A stretch of 64,000 bases of DNA, taken from the NCBI GenBank assembly GCA_013329045.1, contig DUKZ01000038.1, positions 126,294 through 190,293 on the forward strand, in the 5' to 3' direction. A program made the position numbers and the translations under genes. The DNA is from Candidatus Woesearchaeota archaeon. Its GTDB lineage: Archaea; Nanobdellota; Nanobdellia; Woesearchaeales; UBA9989. Below the pieces are notes generated by a model. The model saw only the letters and a program-made list of their open reading frames with translations. It searched no databases and was not told where the DNA came from. This document shows, piece after piece, positions 1-8,584 of this stretch (the first letter of the stretch is position 1; each line of letters starts with the position of its first letter).

Positions 1-475
1 TATATAATATTATAAATGTATTATAATATATATCTAATAATTTGTATATAAACACACTATAATATATAATGTTGTGCTGCCACGTTTCAACCACAACATA
101 TAACACACAACGCTATTAATACATTATAAACTTGTGCGGTGTACAACATTCTCACCACACTATATGGTGTGGGTGGCATGTTGTTTTATGGAAAACTTTC
201 GGAGGCAACCCAAACCCATATCTTTTGGTGATACAATCTATTACTCTTTGTGATGAATTAATCTTCGTGGTGGACTACTCTTTGTTTGTGGTTTTTTGTC
301 ACCACCCACCCCCACTACCCCCTCAATCTTTTTCCAAATTCTCTACAGGAAATGGGGGGGTGACTCCCAAGTTTTTCATCACTGTACGATAGTTAATCTA
401 TAGAAAGATTTTTAAAGCAAGATGTATTATCACCTCCCGAAACCAGGTTATACTGAGACGAGGGAGGCTATAACG

Positions 476-1279
476 ATGATTGTTCAAAAAGGCTTTTTAA
501 CAAAATTAAAAGATTTTGGTCTCAACAGCTATGAAAGCAAGCTTTGGACCGCTCTTCTTTCGCGAGGCATCTCCACTGCTGGTGAGCTTTCTGATATTGC
601 TAACGTTCCAAGGTCTAGGAGTTATGATGTTCTAGAATCCCTGGAAAAGAAAGGGTTTATTGTCATGAAGTTGGGCAAGCCCATCAAATATATTGCTGTC
701 CCTCCTGAGGAAGTCATCGAGCGCGTCAAGAAAAACGTCCTTGAAGAAGCAAAAACTTCAGCAAAGCTCCTCGAAGAATTAAAAGCATCAGAAGTGCTCT
801 CAGAACTCAATGTCCTTCATAAACAAGGAGTTGATATTGTCAACCCCACAGAAGTTTCAGGATATATCCGATCACGAAGAAACATTCATAACCACATCAG
901 CGCTCTTATCAAAACTGCAAAAGAGAATCTTGTCTTTGCAACGACCGAGGAAGCATTCCTTGAAAAATACAAGGAGATCAAACCACTCATCGAGAAAGCA
1001 AAATCTCGGGGAGTGAATGTACGCGTCGCTCTCAATCTTTCCACTTCTAAAGCTAAAGGATATGCCAAGGAACTGGCAAAAGTTGTCGATGTCAGACAAA
1101 ACAAACACAGCGCACGATTTACTCTTGCTGATAACAAGCAACTGCTCTTCATGGTGCTCAACCATGAAGATGTCAATCCGGGCTTTGATATGGGCATCTG
1201 GGTTCAGGCACCATATTTTGCTGATTATTTCTCAAAGATGTTTGACTCCGAGTGGCAACGAATGAAACCAATCGATTGA
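476..1279 (+). CDS. TrmB-family winged-helix transcriptional regulator (paralog A)
   Basis: ORF 422..1279. The wHTH segment LWTALLSRGISTAGELSDIANVPRSRSYDVLESLEKKGFIV is typical of TrmB. Start moved to ATG 476: GGAGG lies ~9 nt upstream, and the resulting MIV.. N-terminus matches the paralog at 21183..21983. Confidence 0.85.
   Translation: MIVQKGFLTKLKDFGLNSYESKLWTALLSRGISTAGELSDIANVPRSRSYDVLESLEKKGFIVMKLGKPIKYIAVPPEEVIERVKKNVLEEAKTSAKLLEELKASEVLSELNVLHKQGVDIVNPTEVSGYIRSRRNIHNHISALIKTAKENLVFATTEEAFLEKYKEIKPLIEKAKSRGVNVRVALNLSTSKAKGYAKELAKVVDVRQNKHSARFTLADNKQLLFMVLNHEDVNPGFDMGIWVQAPYFADYFSKMFDSEWQRMKPID
578..691 (+). repeat. 114-nt segment 113/114 identical to the reverse complement of 21765..21878 (HTH-coding part of TrmB paralogs)
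   Basis: Direct comparison of both loci shows a single mismatch (pos 637, A vs G). The flanks diverge immediately at both ends. Confidence 0.9.
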
Positions 1280-1411
1280 TCTTTTTTCTTTACCTCCATC
1301 CTTTCTTTGCTGGTGGAGCGGGCATTTCTCCTCGGTGGGCAGTTTCATAAAATCCAAACCTTTTTATAGGAGTGATACTCAGGAATTTAAAAATTCAAAA
1401 GAGGTGGGTGT

Positions 1412-1627
1412 ATGTTAGATGCTATTCAAGTAACTCTTGCTGTGGTTATAGGTATGCTGGCTGCCATCATCTATAGCCTGCGGATCCTGGTGCTTCTTGA
1501 GCGACGTATTGCTAGAATGGATCTTAATATCGAAAAGATAGCAATAAAGATGGTTCAAGAGGAACTCAAGATTGAGCGGTCGCTGCTGAGCAAGAGCGCA
1601 AAAAAGAGTTCAAAAAAGAAGAAATAA
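1412..1627 (+). CDS. small membrane protein (one TM helix, Lys-rich tail), hypothetical
   Basis: 71-aa ORF preceded by a GAGGTG ribosome-binding-like motif. Hydrophobic segment AVVIGMLAAIIYSLRILVLL. No family recognised. Confidence 0.45.
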   Translation: MLDAIQVTLAVVIGMLAAIIYSLRILVLLERRIARMDLNIEKIAIKMVQEELKIERSLLSKSAKKSSKKKK

Positions 1628-2131
1628 TTATTTTTTCATTTGTTTTTTCATTTCTTCAACTTCTTTTTTTATCTTTACTATAGTCTGGGTGTTATCCTCT
1701 TGATCAATGAGTGATCCACACTCCGGGCATTTGAACTCAAAGTCTGTTGCCTTATCAAACTCAAGCCTGCAGCAGTTATTCTTGCAAGCATAGAATTGGC
1801 CTGCCTGTTCTCGGTCGAGGCGTTGCTGCAACCGATCCAATTTTTTCTCGTTGAGCTTCTTTAGCAGGTGGGTGATCCTTTTCCCATTGAATGTCCAGTA
1901 ATAGATATACCATCCCTTCTTCTTGTCTTTTCTCCTGATAAATGACACAAGATTTGCATCATAAAGCCGATAGAGCATATTCCTTGTGGTGTTTACTTCC
2001 TTACCTATCTTCTCGGCAATCTTGAACTCAGAAATGTTTTTTTTATTCTTGAGATACTCAATCAACAGGAGAACATCTGGACCTGCAACCTCAGATACCA
2101 CTTCCTCAATGACCTTGTTTGATACCCTCAT
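1628..2131 (-). CDS. tfe: transcription factor E (TFE, TFIIE-alpha homolog)
   Basis: N-terminal winged helix (ISEFKIAEKIGKEVNTTRNMLYRLYDANLV..KKGWYIYYW) plus a C-terminal zinc ribbon (CKNNCC...CPEC). Confidence 0.85.
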   Translation of the reverse strand: MRVSNKVIEEVVSEVAGPDVLLLIEYLKNKKNISEFKIAEKIGKEVNTTRNMLYRLYDANLVSFIRRKDKKKGWYIYYWTFNGKRITHLLKKLNEKKLDRLQQRLDREQAGQFYACKNNCCRLEFDKATDFEFKCPECGSLIDQEDNTQTIVKIKKEVEEMKKQMKK

Positions 2132-2337
2132 CTGGCAAATGACCCCTAGAATACCACTCCTAGGTCATCACTATGAGCAAGATTAGTATATAAATTTTTT
2201 GCTTTGACATTCCACTATTAACCGGAAATTCCCCTCGATGACAGGAAAAAAGCCAAAATTATCTTATAAACTAATTTAAAGAGGTATATCCTCACTTTAA
2301 TACCTATTTAAACTTATTATATTACCTTGATAGTCTA

Positions 2338-2724
2338 TTAGTCTGAGATAAACTCTTCAAAAACCAAACCTACCATTTTTAGATTCTTTTTATTTGCAAC
2401 GAAGGCCTTATCAGTCCTTTTGAGGTCATCTACTGGTTGAAAAAACCATCCTTCAGAAAAACGGACTGCGACCCACGCCTCAGCTCCAAAGTGGCGTGAA
2501 AAGAGCTGTAATTGTGCGATTTCCTCTTCTGCAAAGTATTGGTTCTCTCCAATACATGTCTTTACTTCTATTGCAACCTTCCGATGACCATTTCCTGCAA
2601 GGATATCAGGACATGGATATCTTGATGATCCCGAACCAGCAGCACGCATCGCACTCCACCCCTCTTTCCAGAACATATGGATCAGCTGCCGCTCGGCATT
2701 TGTGCCTTTGGCTTTGGTATTCAT
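2338..2724 (-). CDS. hjc: Holliday junction resolvase Hjc
   Basis: 128 aa. KAKGTNAERQLIHMFWKEGWSAMRAAGSG...PDILAGNGHRKVAIEVK matches the archaeal Hjc nuclease fold with the E..D..EVK motif. Confidence 0.85.
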   Translation of the reverse strand: MNTKAKGTNAERQLIHMFWKEGWSAMRAAGSGSSRYPCPDILAGNGHRKVAIEVKTCIGENQYFAEEEIAQLQLFSRHFGAEAWVAVRFSEGWFFQPVDDLKRTDKAFVANKKNLKMVGLVFEEFISD

Positions 2725-2831
2725 GGTGATGCAGTATTATTTTGTGTTCTTATACCTTCCTTTTTTGGAAAAGTATAAATACGGGAGAATCTGAGGTTAT
2801 TTTACCAAATGGAGGCAAAATACGAAAAACA

Positions 2832-3041
2832 ATGGGTGTAAAACGATTAATCCCCCTTGCTGCGATGGAAAAACTCATGAAACAAGCCGGAGCAGAGCGC
2901 GTTTCTGAGAAAGCAAAAGATGCATTGAAGGATGTCCTTGAAGATATCGCAGAAGACATTGCGATTCAAGCAGTCAAACTTGCTTCACATGCAGGCCGTA
3001 AAACAGTCAAAGGGCAAGATGTCAAACTTGCTGCAAAATAA
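2832..3041 (+). CDS. archaeal histone (HMf-like histone fold)
   Basis: 69 aa starting at the internal ATG 2832: MGVKRLIPLAAMEKLMKQAGAERVSEKAKDALKDVLEDIAEDIAIQAVKLASHAGRKTVKGQDVKLA. TATAAATA box at ~2774-2781. Confidence 0.85.
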   Translation: MGVKRLIPLAAMEKLMKQAGAERVSEKAKDALKDVLEDIAEDIAIQAVKLASHAGRKTVKGQDVKLAAK

Positions 3042-3049
3042 TCCTCTCT

Positions 3050-3946
3050 TTAGAGCTTAATTCTTAAAAAGTCTCTTGCTGCGATTGTATCTTGGAATTG
3101 GAGCTTGGCTTCTTCTACGAGCAGATCAGTCTCTTTATATCTTCCAGAAAAATGTGTCAAGACAAGCTGACCAACTTTTCCTTGTGATGCAATCATCCCT
3201 GCCTGTTCTGCGGTCAGATGATGATGCTCCTCTGCTTTGTCTTCTAAAGCCTTATCATATGTTGATTCACAGATGAGGATATCTGCTTCTTTTGCTAAGG
3301 TTATACAATTCTTCACCATTGAAGTATCTGCAACGTATGCAACCTTTTTTCCTTTTACAATGTATGACACCTGTTCAGGCAAGATTCTCCTTTTTCCATG
3401 GATGATGGGTGTTCCCCTTTGGATGTCTCCCAACAAAGGGCCGTTTGGGATGCCATAAGCCTTTGCTTTTTCCATATCTATTCTCCTTTTGTCTTTCTCT
3501 ACAAAAACAAAACCAATGGTTGGAACCTTATGATCAAGAGGGAGGGCACTGATCATATAAGAAGGGTTTTCTCTGATTATTCCCCCCTTCTCACACTCAT
3601 GAACCTCAAAACTGATCATTGACTTATCGAAGATGAATGCCTGGAGAAGATGTTCCATATGCTTTTTCGTCCCCCTTGGACCTATGATATGGAGCGTCTT
3701 GTCGTAGTCATGACCGGAGAGGGATTGGAGAAGCCCTGGGAGCCCTAGCACATGATCCCCATGCCAATGAGAAATGAGAATAGTTGAAACTTTTGGGAGG
3801 GGGATATTCGCAATCTTCATCTGCCTTTGGGTGTTCTCCCCACAATCAAACAAGACAGCTTCACCTTCATATACCAAGGCAACTGCTGATTGAGCCCTCT
3901 CTTTAGTTGGCACCATCGCTGAGGTTCCCAAAAAAATGATTTCCAT
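3050..3946 (-). CDS. rnz: ribonuclease Z (tRNA 3' endonuclease)
   Basis: 298 aa metallo-beta-lactamase with the HWHGDH motif. Length and layout fit short-form RNase Z. Confidence 0.9.
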   Translation of the reverse strand: MEIIFLGTSAMVPTKERAQSAVALVYEGEAVLFDCGENTQRQMKIANIPLPKVSTILISHWHGDHVLGLPGLLQSLSGHDYDKTLHIIGPRGTKKHMEHLLQAFIFDKSMISFEVHECEKGGIIRENPSYMISALPLDHKVPTIGFVFVEKDKRRIDMEKAKAYGIPNGPLLGDIQRGTPIIHGKRRILPEQVSYIVKGKKVAYVADTSMVKNCITLAKEADILICESTYDKALEDKAEEHHHLTAEQAGMIASQGKVGQLVLTHFSGRYKETDLLVEEAKLQFQDTIAARDFLRIKL

Positions 3947-4127
3947 GAGCCATAGGTTTTCCTGGATGGTATATAACCCTTTTGGCTATTTTCTTCAGAG
4001 TTTTGGCAATTGGGTTTGTAGAAAATAGTGGCGATCATCATCTTCCGAGGTTCTCTGAAATGCCCAATCAATCTATTTGGGGGTCAAGCAAACAGGAACA
4101 GCAAATCTCGGCTCACCAATAACCAAT

Positions 4128-4158
4128 ACCCTTCCATCTCTGGTGTGTGCGGGAGCGA
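4128..4158 (+). repeat. 31-nt exact direct repeat, copy 1 (rnz/endA intergenic spacer)
   Basis: ACCCTTCCATCTCTGGTGTGTGCGGGAGCGA is identical to 29224..29254. The flanks are unrelated. Confidence 0.9.
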
Positions 4159-4206
4159 GATTTTCTACAACGTGTTGGCAATCACAACCTTTTTAAGCAT
4201 GTGTTC

Positions 4207-4767
4207 ATGAGTTTCTCTGCCATGTCCAAGAAGAAGGAAGAGAAACAAACTGTTAAAGCTGAACTTTATGAAGACCGCGTCTTGACGGAAAACAGCAGTG
4301 GTGCCCAGCAGCTCGCATCAGTATCCTCATATGGTGCACTCCAAAATGATGGGAGAGTTGAACTGACATTCCTTGAATCATGCTACCTTCTTGAGAAAGA
4401 GCGCCTCAGTCTCATCAAGGGAAAGCGGGAACTGGACAGCGAAACGTTCCGACGACATGCCCAGCGAAAAGAGAAAGGATTCTGGATCAAATATGTTGTG
4501 TATCGAGACCTTCGGGAGCGAGGCTATGTCGTCAAGACAGCATTGAAATTTGGGGCGGATTTTCGTGTCTATGATCGGGGCATCAAACCCGGGGAAGATC
4601 ATGCACGATGGGTCGTGTATCCGGTAGCTGAGCAATCAGTCCTCACGTGGCATGAATTTTCTGCAAAGAATAGGGTTGCCCATTCCACAAAAAAGCGATT
4701 ACTCCTTGGCATTGTTGATGGTGAAGGAGATGTCACTTACTATGAAGTTAAGTGGATTCGGCCATAG
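4207..4767 (+). CDS. endA: tRNA-splicing endonuclease
   Basis: Catalytic C-terminal domain YVVYRDLRERGYVVKTALKFGADFRVYDRG...HARWVVYPV. The ORF opens with GTG at 4147. ATG 4207 (or 4222) sits ~20-30 nt downstream of the TATA-like CTTTTTAAG. Confidence 0.85.
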   Translation: MSFSAMSKKKEEKQTVKAELYEDRVLTENSSGAQQLASVSSYGALQNDGRVELTFLESCYLLEKERLSLIKGKRELDSETFRRHAQRKEKGFWIKYVVYRDLRERGYVVKTALKFGADFRVYDRGIKPGEDHARWVVYPVAEQSVLTWHEFSAKNRVAHSTKKRLLLGIVDGEGDVTYYEVKWIRP

Positions 4768-4814
4768 GTTTACATTACCATAATCAATAAAAATCCCCCT
4801 TTGATGATCCACTT

Positions 4815-5843
4815 ATGGCCTCTCAGCAACAATTAGACACTGCAATCATCTCCCTGATGAAAGAATCAGGACCACTCATCCCAGTCAAGGTCGCAAAGAC
4901 TCTCAATACAAGCATCCTCATCGCATCTGCAATGCTCTCTACCCTCACATCCAATGGAAAAGTCAAGACCACATTCCTCAAGATTGATGGCACTCCCCTC
5001 TATTATCTTCCCGGCCAGGAAAGTGATCTTGCACACTATGCAGACAACCTCAATGAGAAAGATAAAAAAACATTTGAGCGACTCTCACATGAACATGTAC
5101 TGCGGGATGGTGGCCTCACCCCCCTCGAACGGGTGTCTATTAGGACCCTGAAAGATTTTGCTGTCCCAATCGAGGTTACCATACATGGAGAAAAAGAGCT
5201 GTTCTGGAGGTGGTACCTTTCGACGAATGAAGAGATCAAGCCACTCATCGGCAGGCTCATGGGCATACCAGAAAAGCCGGTTCCAGTCTCAGTTCCAACA
5301 CCAGAACCGAAGGAGGCTTCCCTTTCCCCTCCACCAAAAGAGGAACCACTTGATGAGAAAATAGAAGAAAGAGAGGAACTTGTTGAAGAACAAGAAGAAA
5401 AAGATGAACAAGAAGATGAATCTTCAAAATCCCTTGAGCAGCCAATCTCGAAGAAGGCCTTTCCCACACCAAAATCCCCCTTTAAACATGCTACAATAAA
5501 AAAAGATGATAAAGGATCATTCTTTGATGATCTCCATTTGTTCTTCGATGAAAGTGATATTGCCATCCAATCAGAGACTATCCTGAAAAAGAACGCAGAA
5601 GCCGAATACATCCTTCATGTTCCTTCCCCCATTGGCTCAATTCTTTTTTATTGCCGGGCAAAAGGGAAAAAGACGCTCACGGAAGGGGATATCAGCACCG
5701 TTTTTCTTGCCGGCCAATCAAAAAAATTACCAATATTATTATTGACAAATGGCAGCGTTTCCAAAAAAGCCCTTGCGATGCTCTCTAATGAGTGCCAGGG
5801 AATGCTTGTCAAAAACATCTACGATGGGAATACAACTAACTGA
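4815..5843 (+). CDS. hypothetical protein: two predicted winged-helix domains, an acidic linker and a C-terminal Mrr-like nuclease-fold segment
   Basis: 342 aa with an E/D/K-rich low-complexity centre. The C-terminus ILFYCRAKGKKTLTEGDISTVFLAG resembles the (D)..(E/Q)xK core of Mrr-type nucleases. The domain calls rest on pattern recognition only. Confidence 0.55.
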   Translation: MASQQQLDTAIISLMKESGPLIPVKVAKTLNTSILIASAMLSTLTSNGKVKTTFLKIDGTPLYYLPGQESDLAHYADNLNEKDKKTFERLSHEHVLRDGGLTPLERVSIRTLKDFAVPIEVTIHGEKELFWRWYLSTNEEIKPLIGRLMGIPEKPVPVSVPTPEPKEASLSPPPKEEPLDEKIEEREELVEEQEEKDEQEDESSKSLEQPISKKAFPTPKSPFKHATIKKDDKGSFFDDLHLFFDESDIAIQSETILKKNAEAEYILHVPSPIGSILFYCRAKGKKTLTEGDISTVFLAGQSKKLPILLLTNGSVSKKALAMLSNECQGMLVKNIYDGNTTN

Positions 5844-6861
5844 GCTTGTCACTACAACACCATTGGAACTGGAGAGCCTTCAGGGAAAGGTCATTGTTAT
5901 CGACAGTAATAATCTTCTCTATCAGTTTCTGGCATCCATCCGGCAACCAGACGGGAGCCTTCTTACCGACAAGAAAGGACAGGTAACCTCCCATCTTGCA
6001 GGATTGCTCTCCCGGACAACAAGGCTGCTTTCATACGGGATGAAACTTGTTTTCGTCTTTGATGGGAAACCACCTGAACTCAAAATGCAGGAACTTGTCA
6101 GAAGAGCATCACTCAAAAAGGAAGCACTCAGCCAATACCATGAAGCGGTCCGGGCAGAAGATATCGAAGAGATGAAGAAATATGCTTCTCGCACTTCGCG
6201 CATCACTCCTGAAATCAAGGCTGAATCTGAACAAATGATGCGCGCTTTTGGGTGCCCGGTTATTCATGCCCCCTCAGAAGGAGAAGCACAAGCGGCTTTC
6301 ATGGTCATTCGGGGGGATGCATATGCGGAAGTTAGCCAGGACTATGATTGCCTGCTTTTTGGGGTGCCACGGATGATCAAGAACCTCACATTTGCTGGAA
6401 AGAAAAAAATGAAAGACAAACTTTCCCTAGTTCCTGTGCAGCCAGAGATGATCACCCTCTCTTCAGTCCTCAACGGCCTTGGGATCAGCCGAGAGCAGCT
6501 CATCGCGCTTGGCATGCTGATTGGGACAGACTTTAATCCTGGCGGAATAAAAGGCATTGGCCCAAAGAATGCACTCAAACTTGTGAAAGAACACGGGGAA
6601 GACTTTGACCGGTTATTTTCATCTGTTCCCTGGGGAGATTATTGCACGGCCCCCTGGCGGGAGGTATTTGACCTCTTCATGCATATGCCGGTGAGAGATG
6701 ATTATGCCCTGAGATTTGGGACCCCTGATTTCTTCGCCCTGAAGAAATTACTTATTGAAGACCATGATTTTTCTGAAGAGCGGGTTGATTCAAGCTTATC
6801 ATCCCTACAGAAAACACTCAAAGAAAAGAAACAACAAGGGCTTGGAGCGTGGATGAAATGA
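5824..6861 (+). CDS. fen: flap endonuclease 1 (FEN-1)
   Basis: MGIQLTELV...VIVIDSNNLLYQFLASIRQPDGSLLTDKKGQVTSHLAGLLSRTTRLL..KLVFVFDGKPPELK is the canonical XPG-N/I signature. Start at internal ATG 5824. Confidence 0.92.
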   Translation: MGIQLTELVTTTPLELESLQGKVIVIDSNNLLYQFLASIRQPDGSLLTDKKGQVTSHLAGLLSRTTRLLSYGMKLVFVFDGKPPELKMQELVRRASLKKEALSQYHEAVRAEDIEEMKKYASRTSRITPEIKAESEQMMRAFGCPVIHAPSEGEAQAAFMVIRGDAYAEVSQDYDCLLFGVPRMIKNLTFAGKKKMKDKLSLVPVQPEMITLSSVLNGLGISREQLIALGMLIGTDFNPGGIKGIGPKNALKLVKEHGEDFDRLFSSVPWGDYCTAPWREVFDLFMHMPVRDDYALRFGTPDFFALKKLLIEDHDFSEERVDSSLSSLQKTLKEKKQQGLGAWMK

Positions 6862-7688
6862 AACCAGCGCCGTTCAAGAAATTGCTAGAAAAGATACTTT
6901 CTTCCAAAGAGATGAACGATGCAAGGTTTAGCTATGATCTTGTCGGGTCCATTGCCATCATTGAGGTTCCTGACATGTTAATGAAGAAGGAAAAGAAGAT
7001 TGGTGAAGCGCTACTCTCTGCGCATCCTCAAATCACCACAGTTGTCAAAAAGAAAGGGGGGCATACCGGGGTATATCGAACACAACAGTACAGGATCCTT
7101 GCTGGAAAACGGACAAAGAAGACAACTGTTCGGGAAAATGGTGTGGTGTTATCGCTACACCTTGAGAAAACATATTATTCAGTCAGGTTTGGGACTGAAC
7201 GGCTTAGGATAGCACGCCTTGTTGTTCCTGGGGAAGATGTGCTGGTGATGTTCTCTGGCATTGCACCATTTCCTTTGGTCATCGCAAAACAGGCACACCC
7301 TGCCTCTGTTTATGGCATTGAGATCAATCGGGCGGCGTTTGAGATGGGCGTTGAGAACCTGATGCTCAACAAAGCTAAGAGCATACATCTGATCCTGGGC
7401 AATGTTCGCCAGGTCATGCCACTCATGGACAAAAAGTTTGACCGCATCATCATGCCTCTCCCTAAAGGAGGTGAAGGATTCCTGGACCTTGCCATTGGTG
7501 CCGTGAAAAAAGATGGGGCGATCCATTTTTATGACTTTCTCCATGATGATGAATTCAGTCTTGCTGGAGAGAAAGTAAAGAATGCATGCAAGACTGCTGG
7601 ACGAAGATGCACCATTCTTGGAATTGTCAAGTGCGGACAACAAAGCCCTCGGGTGTATAGAATCTGTGTGGATGTTAAGGTTTTTTAG
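6858..7688 (+). CDS. trm5: tRNA (guanine37-N1)-methyltransferase Trm5/Taw2-like (Met-10+ family)
   Basis: Class I SAM-methyltransferase fold (VLVMFSGIAPFPL, DRIIMPLPKGG). ATG 6858 overlaps the fen stop as ATGA. Confidence 0.75.
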   Translation: MKPAPFKKLLEKILSSKEMNDARFSYDLVGSIAIIEVPDMLMKKEKKIGEALLSAHPQITTVVKKKGGHTGVYRTQQYRILAGKRTKKTTVRENGVVLSLHLEKTYYSVRFGTERLRIARLVVPGEDVLVMFSGIAPFPLVIAKQAHPASVYGIEINRAAFEMGVENLMLNKAKSIHLILGNVRQVMPLMDKKFDRIIMPLPKGGEGFLDLAIGAVKKDGAIHFYDFLHDDEFSLAGEKVKNACKTAGRRCTILGIVKCGQQSPRVYRICVDVKVF

Positions 7689-7789
7689 AAAGTTTCTTCT
7701 CATAAGAGTATTCCACCAGGTAAAAATCCTGCGGTTACAAGATCTCTGGTTTTGTTGCAGCTGCGAGCGGCGAGTTTTTGTTACTTTTT

Positions 7790-8206
7790 TTAATGTGTTG
7801 ATATTGTGGTGATATTGCCCGATAAATACCCATGCAATGTTGTTTTCTTAATAAGAATAGTTGGCAACTGGAGCAGCAACATATTGACCAAGAAAAGGTC
7901 TAATGGAAAAAAAATCCAAAATAATAAACTAGAAAAACTTAGGGTGTACAACATCACATACAGTACGTGTCGTGACAGAGAATATTCCCGAGCATATCTT
8001 GTTTTCATGAGCATCATTCCCAGGCATACGTTTTCATTGAATACCATACACACTAGGTTGTACACAAAGAATATCCCTATAATCATGAATTTTTTGGTTA
8101 AGCTATCCTTTACAAAAAAATAAACTGGCATGGAAATGACAAGGACAAATAAAACATTTATCACGGAAGCTGCCAACTTTTCAAACACCGTTGTTTCCCT
8201 CATCAT
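7790..8206 (-). CDS. integral membrane protein, hypothetical
   Basis: 138 aa with 3-4 hydrophobic helices. No family recognised. Confidence 0.5.
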   Translation of the reverse strand: MMRETTVFEKLAASVINVLFVLVISMPVYFFVKDSLTKKFMIIGIFFVYNLVCMVFNENVCLGMMLMKTRYAREYSLSRHVLYVMLYTLSFSSLLFWIFFPLDLFLVNMLLLQLPTILIKKTTLHGYLSGNITTISTH

Positions 8207-8584
8207 ACCTCTTTATTTTTTTGATATTATAAATATTCTTATAGGATATTTTATAGAATCACTAAAAGGTATTTTTCTCAACAACACTCTGAATGACTCC
8301 TTACTCCCCTTCCCTCTTTATTTATCATCTACCTCCTGAAAAAACTCCTTTTTCACAATCTTTATAAAGAACTCTCCATTCACCTTTTTCTATGATTACG
8401 AAGACCAAAGCACAATCAGGGTATCTTCTTAGCTTTGGCTTTTATTATTAGTTTACCAACTCTTTTTGGGGTTGTGTCATCGAATGGTTTCTACAAAACT
8501 TTCTGCGGACAGAGAAATTTTCCTTGGTGAGTGTCAAACATTTCTTACTCTTGAGAGGAATATACAATATATGGAGGAAAAACT

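Noticed and set aside
132-392. 86-aa ORF in the leader region.
   Set aside because: It has low-complexity His/Pro/Val-rich translation of repeat DNA, no ribosome-binding site or promoter spacing, and no family resemblance.
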